Assembly (NCBI GenBank): GCA_947628505.1
Contig: CANRAD010000008.1
Span: 757 to 64,756 of the forward strand
DNA length: 64,000 nucleotides
Direction of reading: 5' to 3'
Source: an uncultured Clostridia bacterium
Lineage (GTDB): Bacteria; Bacillota; Clostridia; Christensenellales; Borkfalkiaceae
Positions 39,733 to 48,208 of the stretch are shown here, one piece after another (the first letter of the stretch is position 1; each line of letters starts with the position of its first letter). Under the pieces are notes generated by a model. The model was not told where the DNA came from, did no database searches, and saw only the letters and a list, made by a program, of their open reading frames with translations. The translations under genes were made by a program, and so were the position numbers.

Positions 39733-41115
39733 ATGAATAACTTGTGGATACTCACAGAAGAACGCCCTAAAAATTCTGTGATTTTAGCTATTTTACAGGA
39801 ATACTGCAAACTGAAAAATAAAGAACTCAAAGTATCTGAAATCAAGATTTTGCCAAAAGCGTTGGATAGAAAATTTTTGTTTGAGTATCTCGTCGAAGGT
39901 GCGCACATAAATGATATATCCGAGATTAACATAAAGATAGTTAGCGGCTATTCAAGTTTTATGGATTATATGTTGGTTGATCAGGAAAAAGCTCCGGGAA
40001 ATCATGCTCTTGACAATATTATATTCTTGTTGGAAGAAACAAAAACCAGTGATGCCGAATCTCGAAATACCGGGATTGGGCAAAGAGCATCGAAATTTGC
40101 ATACGCAAACTATTATTGTCCCGACGTGCCGAAATATATGCTTTACAATGAGGAGGCGACTCCCGATGTGGGTAAAACCCCAACACAAACGAACACATTT
40201 GGGACAAACATGCTACTAACTCAAGGAGTAAGGTTTATTGGAAAAACAATGACGCCCTTTTGCGCATTCACCTCGATAGACGAGCTTATTGACTTTAAGG
40301 GTAAAATGCATTTGCCCAATAAAACTAATGTGCCGATTTTGATTAACAAAGTAGGCGATTCTAAGATTACCATTTCAGGACGTTTATCAAAGCCCAAAGA
40401 TAAAGGAAATATCGGACACGATCCCAACATCGGGACGTTAACCTGCATAGCGAGTACATTAAGAAAACTTGGTTGGGACGGAAAAATTGTCATCACGAAA
40501 CATGGGGTTTCTCAATCCTATGCGACTAAAAACAGTAACAATAAGTTTATTCGTATCTGCAAAATACTTGGTATAGAATTAGATGGAATAACCCTGCCAG
40601 CCAATATAGAGTTGCCTAAACATTATTGGCAATATGCTATGTCATCGGAAAAGGTAGCTTCGATTTTGTTGCATATCACCTGTCAATACGCAGGAATCCA
40701 TGGAATATACGAAAATCATGCGGGTTGTGAGAGAAGTTATTTTAGGGAAGCGGATGGCTCTTTTACGACATTACATAAGAAGGATGCGGGAGGAGAAGAT
40801 AATCTATTGCTTCCGGACGTAGTTCTTCGAAACGACGAAGCAAAAGAGATATATGTTGTTGAGGGAAAAATGTTTGATAAACTCGGACAAGGATTATCGG
40901 ACATTTTGGGATACGATGCGATTGAGAATGAGCATATAAAACGAAGTTATCCAGATTATACAATCACAAGATGGGTATCTCTGTTCGGTGGGACAGAGAA
41001 AGAAATCCCCCATGAAAAAGTATTGATCTATTGCAATCTCTATGGTGATGTAATGATCAATCAAAACGCTCCCGATGGCGTTAAGGAGGCTTTCCGCAAA
41101 GTAAAATTATATTAA
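39733..41115 (+). CDS. Putative restriction endonuclease with two PD-(D/E)xK-like sites
   Basis: N-terminal MDYMLVD-x17-LLEETK and C-terminal LLLPD-x13-VVEGK motifs. Converges on, and overlaps by 4 nt, an MTase gene. Confidence 0.6.
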   Translation: MNNLWILTEERPKNSVILAILQEYCKLKNKELKVSEIKILPKALDRKFLFEYLVEGAHINDISEINIKIVSGYSSFMDYMLVDQEKAPGNHALDNIIFLLEETKTSDAESRNTGIGQRASKFAYANYYCPDVPKYMLYNEEATPDVGKTPTQTNTFGTNMLLTQGVRFIGKTMTPFCAFTSIDELIDFKGKMHLPNKTNVPILINKVGDSKITISGRLSKPKDKGNIGHDPNIGTLTCIASTLRKLGWDGKIVITKHGVSQSYATKNSNNKFIRICKILGIELDGITLPANIELPKHYWQYAMSSEKVASILLHITCQYAGIHGIYENHAGCERSYFREADGSFTTLHKKDAGGEDNLLLPDVVLRNDEAKEIYVVEGKMFDKLGQGLSDILGYDAIENEHIKRSYPDYTITRWVSLFGGTEKEIPHEKVLIYCNLYGDVMINQNAPDGVKEAFRKVKLY

Positions 41116-42095
41116 TACTTGCGAAAGATCAATATATATTGGTGAATTTGATTCGCAACATAATCGAACGGATATCCGTAGGGGAACAGCTTTACGGTTT
41201 GATCTGCCCATATTTTCAAACCGCGGTAATATAGCCGAGGGATTTCGTTTAAAGTGGTTGCTATTTCCGCATGTAGCATATGTAAATCTTTTTTCTTGGG
41301 TTGCAAATCTTTGCAAAAAATGATGAAATACCCCTTCTCTTTCAAGAAATACAAAGATTTCTCTACAATGTTCTTTAACGTCATTAAAAAATCGTCGTGA
41401 GGCATGTTCCCTATATCCAACGCAGAGTCTGTAAAAGGAGTGGCACGATTACCATAAATTGCAACATCGGCTCCTGTTTTGGGCTTGGACATCATATTTG
41501 AGTATGGCGGGTCAATTAAAATAAGACCCGCTTTTTCATTTTTCAACAAGTTATTTATTTTATTTGCATCAGACAATAACTCATTGCAGTCCCCAATCAA
41601 ACAAGGTTGAATTGGTAATTTTAACTCCGTCGCCGCCGCTTTATATGCATTAACGTAATCGGAGTTCAAATCTATACCTGCGCCACGTCGGTTACATAGA
41701 CTTGCACCTAAAAGAGAACCGCCAACGCCCATAAAATAATCAAATACGATTTCATTCTCTTTTGTGAAGAATTCAATGATATCTCTCATTAGCTGCGGAG
41801 GCTTTGGGGTAGGGTGAATTCGCCTGATATTATGAGCAAAACTATCCGCGCCTTTTGTAGAGTATCGCGTATTAATAACAGAGCAAATATATTTTGTCCA
41901 TTCTGCCCCTGCAAGATCATTGATCGTATTGTCCAAGCTGTATCGTCGTCCATCTGATAGTTCGATTGTTCGTTTGGCACTTCCTATAATACGAGCAGTA
42001 TCTAGTTCAGCCTTCACCCAGTTGGGCAAACTTTCTTTCTCCGCATCGGAAAGATAATCGACCGCCAAAATGTCCATCTTTATCTCTTCACTCAT
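41112..42095 (-). CDS. DNA methyltransferase (amino-MTase, DPPY)
   Basis: Motif I FDYFMGVGGSLLGA and motif IV LILIDPPYSNM. Confidence 0.8.
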   Translation of the reverse strand: MSEEIKMDILAVDYLSDAEKESLPNWVKAELDTARIIGSAKRTIELSDGRRYSLDNTINDLAGAEWTKYICSVINTRYSTKGADSFAHNIRRIHPTPKPPQLMRDIIEFFTKENEIVFDYFMGVGGSLLGASLCNRRGAGIDLNSDYVNAYKAAATELKLPIQPCLIGDCNELLSDANKINNLLKNEKAGLILIDPPYSNMMSKPKTGADVAIYGNRATPFTDSALDIGNMPHDDFLMTLKNIVEKSLYFLKEKGYFIIFCKDLQPKKKDLHMLHAEIATTLNEIPRLYYRGLKIWADQTVKLFPYGYPFDYVANQIHQYILIFRKY

Positions 42096-42104
42096 AATAA
42101 GACC

Positions 42105-44060
42105 TCAATAATTAGTTACTAACACCTCAATAGTTTCAGCATCTTTATTCTTTCGTTGATAATTGCAATTAGAGTAATCGCTTTGAATAATATGAGTCTT
42201 ATATTTCTGTGACCATTTTTTTAATATCTCATTTTCTGCGCCCTTATGTTTGATCATATTAGAAAGAGCAAACTTAACGCCTTGGTTGTTTGCGGCATCT
42301 AAATATTCGTACAGTGCATGTTCTTCTGCATCTTGCCAATCATGAAATCCGCGATTCCCGTCATTGTATGACCCATTCGTAATCAAGTAAGGCGGATCAC
42401 AATAAATGAAATCCCTATCATTTAAGCCTATCAAAGAAATTTCTCTGAAATCTCGCGTGAAGAACTCCAGATTTTTCTGCTTCATTGCTTCCATAAAAAG
42501 AATAAGGTTTTTTCGCATTACGTCCGAGAATTGGCTTCTATTTCGACCGAACGGGTTGTTATACTCTAAGTTGCTGTTGAAACGAAACTGATAATTGAAT
42601 GAGTAACACGAAAGAGTAAATAGGTCAATCGGATTCCTATTTTGATTATAAAAATCTCTAAACGCTTTGTATCCCGCCTCATTTTCTTTTGAAAGGGAAT
42701 ATTCATTAATTTTTTCTTCTATCCGCTTTAAAAGCAGATCTATATCTGCATAGCATAATGTCCTAACCATTTCTACAACGATATAATTTAGATCATTGCA
42801 GACGGTTTTGTTAGCAGTAACATTCGCAGATACATTAAAACCACCCGCGAACAAATCAATAAATGTATTTATGTTTTGCGGGAATAAAGGAATTATTTGC
42901 GGTAAAAGTTTATATTTGCCGCCTATATAATTCAAAGGGCTTTTTATGAAACGCTTTTTATCTATATTGTCAGCTATTTTTATCTGCATAGGCATTATAG
43001 CTGTTCTTTGATACTCACGCTCAAGCTTTTTCTTGGCGTAAAATATATACTCATTGTGAGGTTTATCATTTTGCCCAAGTTTACCTTTATATCTCGCATA
43101 TGGTATGTCGTATTGTTTAATGCTACCGATAATGCAATGCTTGGACAGGATTTCTTTTATTTGATCGACACTCAATAATCCATCGTCACTATAACTTATA
43201 ACTATATGTCTAAAATCTGCATTTTCAATAAGGTCATCGAATGCATCATAAACTTTTGTCTTAACGCAATAATTTGATTTCTCATGATTATATGGTCTTA
43301 CGCCCGTTACGCCCGAAAGAATAGGCGCATCATACTTGGCTACCGTTTCCAGCAAATGATAATTCGGCAAATATTGTCTGTCGTTATAGGGCGGATCTAT
43401 ATATAAGATATCTCCGCTTATTTTTTTGATTAATTCATTTGCATCCTCATTATAGCAAATATTTCTTCTGCCATTATCGCTGACAGCTAGTTTATATAAC
43501 TCAAACCGCTTAAACGCACGCTTATCCCATTGTTTTAGATAAGCGCCATATGTTCCCGTTATGTTGGAAACAAACGGAATCCCCTCAATTAAACACGCAA
43601 GCAAGTATTTGTACTCGTAGGCATCAATCCACTTTTTTGTTTTCCAATTCTCAATCGTTTGCCGAATGAAATCAATTCGCTCGGCATTCACATCAGTTAA
43701 GTACATTCTGCCGGCTTGTCCTTTGGGGGAATATGCTTCTGTTACAAATCCATTTATGAGGCAATAAGGAATCTCCTCTGATTCCAAATATGCAACCGGA
43801 TCAGCTATACCGTGCTTTTTTAATGTATTAAACTGAGGCACGACGTTATTCTCTATTGTTGATGCAGTAAGCAAATAAGAAAAATACAATAGATCATTGC
43901 TGATTATTTGATAATACGGTTTGAAGTATCTTGAAACCGCTCCTGTGCCGGAAAAGATATCGCAAAAGATTTCATTTACGCCATCGCAGTTCTCGTCGAT
44001 GACCTGCTTGATATTGTCTAAAAGATTGACTTTGCTTCCAATGAATCTCATGTTCCACAT
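42105..44060 (-). CDS. Fused double D12-class (Dam-type) N6-adenine DNA methyltransferase, M.FokI-like architecture
   Basis: Two complete MTase halves: MRFIGSK...FCDIFSGTGAVS...LYIDPPYNDRQY, then PLNYIGGKYKLL...FIDLFAGGFNVS...IYCDPPYLITNGSYN. The likely start is MRFIGSK at 44051. Confidence 0.85.
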   Translation of the reverse strand: MWNMRFIGSKVNLLDNIKQVIDENCDGVNEIFCDIFSGTGAVSRYFKPYYQIISNDLLYFSYLLTASTIENNVVPQFNTLKKHGIADPVAYLESEEIPYCLINGFVTEAYSPKGQAGRMYLTDVNAERIDFIRQTIENWKTKKWIDAYEYKYLLACLIEGIPFVSNITGTYGAYLKQWDKRAFKRFELYKLAVSDNGRRNICYNEDANELIKKISGDILYIDPPYNDRQYLPNYHLLETVAKYDAPILSGVTGVRPYNHEKSNYCVKTKVYDAFDDLIENADFRHIVISYSDDGLLSVDQIKEILSKHCIIGSIKQYDIPYARYKGKLGQNDKPHNEYIFYAKKKLEREYQRTAIMPMQIKIADNIDKKRFIKSPLNYIGGKYKLLPQIIPLFPQNINTFIDLFAGGFNVSANVTANKTVCNDLNYIVVEMVRTLCYADIDLLLKRIEEKINEYSLSKENEAGYKAFRDFYNQNRNPIDLFTLSCYSFNYQFRFNSNLEYNNPFGRNRSQFSDVMRKNLILFMEAMKQKNLEFFTRDFREISLIGLNDRDFIYCDPPYLITNGSYNDGNRGFHDWQDAEEHALYEYLDAANNQGVKFALSNMIKHKGAENEILKKWSQKYKTHIIQSDYSNCNYQRKNKDAETIEVLVTNY

Positions 44061-44082
44061 CCTATAACATCCATTTTGTTAC

Positions 44083-44111
44083 ATTGTATTAGGTGATAGA
44101 GCATTTGTCAA
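44083..44111 (-). promoter_or_regulatory. Promoter of the MTase operon
   Basis: Minus strand TTGACA (44106-44111), 17 nt, TACAAT (44083-44088). Confidence 0.6.
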
Positions 44112-44390
44112 GCGATATTATTGCAAATACATTAAAAGTACATATTTTAAAAGAATCTGACGTTTTAAAACGCCAGATTCAAAAAATTGTTACAAAAACT
44201 GTTGATCTGTTTAACTTTTTTATTGCAATTACTAAACCTATTATAGCAGTCAATTAATAAATCAATCCTAAAGTATGAGCAGGTCTGGTTTTACAAAACT
44301 CGACGCAAATTATTTTATAATGCTATTTTTCATGCTCTTTTATGTAGCATTATTTATAGGATAGGAGTATATCAAAAGGCGGTAATTCAT

Positions 44391-44618
44391 ATGACTCATT
44401 TATATATTGTTAGATTAAAAGAAAATAGTTATTATGCAATTGGATATGTAAACCCAAATTCAATAGCAGAAATTGAAAAACTATTACATGAATTATATAT
44501 TAAAAACATACAAATGAAAGAAAATAAATTTTTTAAAACATTCATTAATGAAACTTTTAAAAAATTTAATATACAATTAACTCCAATAGAAATAGATTAT
44601 GTTTTTCGGTTCAAGTAA
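44391..44618 (+). CDS. Hypothetical 75-aa protein in AT-rich cassette
   Basis: AAGGCGG RBS 7 nt upstream of the ATG. Its stop abuts the stop of the convergent DGQHR gene. No recognisable motif. Confidence 0.4.
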   Translation: MTHLYIVRLKENSYYAIGYVNPNSIAEIEKLLHELYIKNIQMKENKFFKTFINETFKKFNIQLTPIEIDYVFRFK

Positions 44619-46346
44619 TTAATCTTCGATTTCGAAAACTTCTTTTAATATTTGTGTAGCAAATTTATGATATTGGCTAGAAGTATAAGGAAATTTATCT
44701 TTAGAAAAATCAAATTGCCAATTTTTAAATTTTTCATCATAAAAATCAAAGTCTTTAATACCAAAATATTTCAATTGACGTGTTAAAGCTATAATAAATC
44801 CATTTATGGATATTACTGAAAGCAACTTAGAATCATTATCTTCCCAAAACTTTTTTAAATTTTTCTTTATAGCACCGAAATATACATTTATTATATTTAC
44901 ACAAAATTTAACATAATTATTTAAAGTTTGCTCATTTCCGCTCATCAAAAGATTTATATCACCGTCCCAATAGTTAATTAAACTGTCTCTACCTTCTGAC
45001 ACATCAACGGTGACTAAATAACGTAATGCAAATTTAACTATTGATGCTGTTTTTATTTTAGCCTTATCAAGAGAAGAAATTTGCAATAAATTGTAGAAGA
45101 CATTGCACTTATTGAGCTTTTCAATTACGAACTGGGCAATACTTTCACTGTCAAGTGGATTTTTAATACGTTTAATCTGCAACAACACATTTTGTGGTAC
45201 AGCTTTTGTGTTTGAATTTATATCCAAAAAAATTTCACTTTGTATTTTTGCTCTTTGCTCTACGCAAATATTTTTTGGAAAAATCAGTCCTGTGACCAAT
45301 AAATGAAGTTTAGGTCTAAGCTCAGCAATCTTTCTCTCTTGCTTACTGTCTATTCCACTTTCATAATGAGCATAAACCCTATGCTGCCCATCGATTATGC
45401 ATATGCTATTCATTTCTTTGGGAATTATCAGTTTACAATTTTCTTCAAAATTTAATATTTGATCTATTGATTGATAATTTCCAGCAGCATCTTGAAAAGT
45501 TACATTATCAGGTAAAGCAACAATAATGTTATTGTAAAAAGCTTCGCCTTTATTTTCCAAAAAATCTCTTATTTTTTTAATTTTATTTTTATCTATTAAT
45601 CTTTGATAAAGCCAAATAGAATCACTCCAATTATCTTTCCTAAGAACATAGCATGTGCTTAATAAGTCCTCGGCGGACATCATAAACGAAACAAGCCTAA
45701 CCCCATTAGTTATGCCGGTAAATTCGCGAGGATATATTATCGGTGCTTTAATTGTAGCGGAACCTGTTGAACTTGAAATTAATCCGATATCGCTATCTTG
45801 TAAATTAAGGAATCTGAATATTTCATATCTGGCCGTACGCTTAATGCAACCTACAACCCATTTAAAATAATTAAGTGTTTTAGGTTGCACAAATTTTAAA
45901 TTATTATATAGATAAATGTCATTTTCATCTAAATTAAGTTCTTCTTTTGGTATATATAGGCAATATAATTTTAATCTTTCTAAATCAAATTCACTAAATA
46001 AATCTTTTTTATCAGGAAATTGCTCTTCTAAAAATTTTACGAATTCAGATAAATTGTGTTTTATTTCCCCAAAAGCTTCGTTTTTAGTTCTTATATGATC
46101 ACGATTATTTGAGGAAATTGTATCTTCGCATAAAATCCAAATATTTTTATAAATAAAAAGTGAATCGACTTCAACCTTTCTATATCCAATTGTCGCTTCT
46201 TTTCCACCTGTTGCAACATAAATAAATCCTGCTTCAGTAAAAACATTCTTTATTTTATTCTTTAAAACGCGCTTTTCTCTTTTTTTTATTAAATCTGCTA
46301 TTTGCTCTTCAGATAATATTTTTTTCTTATGTTTTCTTTTTTTCAT
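44619..46346 (-). CDS. DGQHR domain (DndB-like, ParB/sulfiredoxin fold) protein, 575 aa
   Basis: ICIIDGQHRVYAH is encoded at about 45378-45392. AGGAGG sits 7 nt before the ATG at 46346, and the start overlaps the MTase stop by 20 nt. The N-terminal ~200 aa and C-terminal ~200 aa are unassigned. Confidence 0.75.
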   Translation of the reverse strand: MKKRKHKKKILSEEQIADLIKKREKRVLKNKIKNVFTEAGFIYVATGGKEATIGYRKVEVDSLFIYKNIWILCEDTISSNNRDHIRTKNEAFGEIKHNLSEFVKFLEEQFPDKKDLFSEFDLERLKLYCLYIPKEELNLDENDIYLYNNLKFVQPKTLNYFKWVVGCIKRTARYEIFRFLNLQDSDIGLISSSTGSATIKAPIIYPREFTGITNGVRLVSFMMSAEDLLSTCYVLRKDNWSDSIWLYQRLIDKNKIKKIRDFLENKGEAFYNNIIVALPDNVTFQDAAGNYQSIDQILNFEENCKLIIPKEMNSICIIDGQHRVYAHYESGIDSKQERKIAELRPKLHLLVTGLIFPKNICVEQRAKIQSEIFLDINSNTKAVPQNVLLQIKRIKNPLDSESIAQFVIEKLNKCNVFYNLLQISSLDKAKIKTASIVKFALRYLVTVDVSEGRDSLINYWDGDINLLMSGNEQTLNNYVKFCVNIINVYFGAIKKNLKKFWEDNDSKLLSVISINGFIIALTRQLKYFGIKDFDFYDEKFKNWQFDFSKDKFPYTSSQYHKFATQILKEVFEIED

Positions 46347-47247
46347 ACTTTTTCCTCCTCGCCAAAGCAAATTCTTTAGGCAATTTCGCGACAGCCATTT
46401 TTTTATCCGGTTTCATTACAGGTTCATCTTTCCTATATTTTACAACACCGTTTTCAGTGTCAATTAATCGTTTTTCAGCAATAGAAAAATATTCTTCTTT
46501 AATTTCACAACCTATAAAATGTCTTTTTTCTAATATTGCAGCCACCCCAGTTGTTCCGACCCCCATATAAGGATCCAAAACCACTCCGCCCTCAGGAGTC
46601 AAAGCTTTAATTAATCTTTGAGGGATTGAAACCGGAAACTGACAAGGATGTACAGTTTTTTCAATATGATTGGCTTTAACATTTGGTATTTCCCAAACAT
46701 CTGAAGGGTTTTTGCCAAGTGGATTGCCACTTAGCTTACCCTTATTTTTACCTTTATAATAGCGCTTACCTGGATATTTCTGTGGGATTCGAACATCATC
46801 TAAATTAAATTCATAATCTTTGCCTTTTGTAAACCATAGAATGGTTTCGTGGCGTCCACTAAATCGCTTAGTACTATTTAAACCATGACCGAATGTCCAT
46901 ATAATCCTGTTCCTTAAAATTAAAGGGGCTTCATTGTTATTGCTTAATGAATTAAACAGTTCATACACAATATAATCTAAGGGAATTATCTGATCTTTTG
47001 TCACATGATAACCAGTTTGCCAACAAATACTTCCTCCTACTTTTAATACCCTATAAATATCACTTAATATTTCCTCATGATGCATTTTAAAAGCTTTTAT
47101 ATCATCTTTAGAGTCTTCATAAGCCTTTTTCATGCAATAAGGAGGAGAAGTAACAACTAAATCTACAGATTCGTCCGGCATGCTTTTTAATTTATCAGCG
47201 CAGTCGCCATTAAATAAATCAAAATTATTATGTATATATGAATCCAT
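46327..47247 (-). CDS. Beta-class DNA methyltransferase (N4-cytosine or N6-adenine; SPPY)
   Basis: Motif IV DLVVTSPPY comes before HPCQFP and motif I LDPYMGVGTTG. Start reset to MDSYIHNN. Confidence 0.85.
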   Translation of the reverse strand: MDSYIHNNFDLFNGDCADKLKSMPDESVDLVVTSPPYCMKKAYEDSKDDIKAFKMHHEEILSDIYRVLKVGGSICWQTGYHVTKDQIIPLDYIVYELFNSLSNNNEAPLILRNRIIWTFGHGLNSTKRFSGRHETILWFTKGKDYEFNLDDVRIPQKYPGKRYYKGKNKGKLSGNPLGKNPSDVWEIPNVKANHIEKTVHPCQFPVSIPQRLIKALTPEGGVVLDPYMGVGTTGVAAILEKRHFIGCEIKEEYFSIAEKRLIDTENGVVKYRKDEPVMKPDKKMAVAKLPKEFALARRKKYEKKKT

Positions 47248-47458
47248 TTTTTCATATCCTTTTGTTTGGCTTAATATAATTATACAATATAAGTAATTTT
47301 TCAGCAAGTATTCACAATAAAAAATATTTTTATATGTCAAATAGATAAAAATTATTTTAAGAGCTACTATAAAATTACACCTTAACTACATCTATAAGAT
47401 CACAAAAAACATTTTAACACTTCGAATAATGTTACTACTAAATTTAGTAATAAACCTC

Positions 47459-47581
47459 ACGCCGCTCATGAGAGCGGCGTAGGTTTTAACCGATAGGGGC
47501 TTTGAAATTTTCCTTGATTTTTATTTTTTGATTGATTTTTTGGGGCAGAAATATTTGGGGCAGACGTGGGGCACGAAGTGC
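47459..47581 (+). repeat. Island right-arm block (hairpin plus 3 arm repeats), homologous to 59951-60076
   Basis: acgccgctcatgagagcggcgt hairpin, a T-rich tract, then TTGGGGCA at 47540-47547 and 47555-47562 and GTGGGGCA at 47566-47573. Confidence 0.75.
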
Positions 47582-47655
47582 AAAAACGGCGTATTTTTAG
47601 CCAAAAATGATTAAAAACGGCTCATTTTTGAAGATTTTTAAAAGCCCTCAATAGC

Positions 47656-47680
47656 TTCAAATCCCGTCGCCTCGACCAAA
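47656..47680 (+). repeat. attR: displaced tRNA-Pro 3' end copy 2
   Basis: 24 of 25 nt identical to 35758-35782; followed by its own terminator hairpin at 47681-47720. Confidence 0.9.
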
Positions 47681-47863
47681 GTTTCCCCGTGCAACTAAAT
47701 TTTGCACGGGGAAACTTTTATTAAGTGATTATCGACGGGATTCGAGGGTGGAGACGCGAGCGAGAGCGAGCGGTTTGCGTTTAATAGCTCGTAAACGGTC
47801 AAGTTTGAAACGCAAACCAAACAGTGCAGTGCACTGTTTGTCGTGGCGCGCCGCCAAAGGCGC

Positions 47864-47883
47864 AAATCCCGTCGCCTCGACCA
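47864..47883 (+). repeat. tRNA-Pro 3' end copy 3
   Basis: aatcccgtcgcctcgacca is identical to the tRNA 3' end; followed by the hairpin gcaaagcccgcaggcac-tttt-gtgcttgcgggctttgc (47884-47921). Confidence 0.85.
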
Positions 47884-47924
47884 GCAAAGCCCGCAGGCAC
47901 TTTTGTGCTTGCGGGCTTTGCTGT

Positions 47925-48000
47925 GTACAAGTGATAAGGTTTGAAATTGCGTCTTAATGCCCTCCAACCATACGCGCTATCGCGATTAGGGTTCCCGAAA
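47925..48000 (-). pseudogene. Inverted, decayed tRNA-Pro-like fragment
   Basis: Minus strand 47966-47979 reads tagcgcgtatggtt, identical to tRNA positions 35724-35737. The flanks align with many transitions, and the T arm no longer pairs. Confidence 0.6.
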
Positions 48001-48208
48001 ATCGCAACGAAGCGAGATTTTTGGGGAAAGGAGCCGCAACGGAACAAAATACGCCCTTGCCGCTTGCGGGAAAGGCGGAAAACGCAGTTTGCGGCGACGC
48101 GGTTCGGAGCCATAAAGTGGTTATTATTACTCCATATTTTGCAAGATATACAGCAGGTGCGGCGTTTGTTATTTAAACGCCGCACCTGCCATTTTAAAAT
48201 TAAATAAT

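Larger units (their letters stand above)
35758..47680. mobile_element. 11.9-kb integrative (possibly mobilizable) island inserted in the 3' end of tRNA-Pro
   Basis: 25-nt direct repeat, ttcGaatcccgtcgcctcgaccaaa (35758-35782) versus ttcAaatcccgtcgcctcgaccaaa (47656-47680). Integrase lies next to attL. TTGGGGCA arm repeats occur at both ends. Cargo composition differs from the flanks. Confidence 0.85.

Noticed and set aside
44619-46370. 583-aa ORF as the R.FokI-like partner of the M.FokI-like methylase (same length as FokI)
   Set aside because: The length match is a coincidence. The sequence carries a DGQHR motif, has no resemblance to FokI as I recall it, lies in a compositionally different block, and is coupled to its own MTase.
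47540-47573. CRISPR-like or tandem repeat array
   Set aside because: There are only three 8-nt copies with 7- and 3-nt gaps, matched by two copies at the other island end. This fits integrase arm sites, not a CRISPR array.
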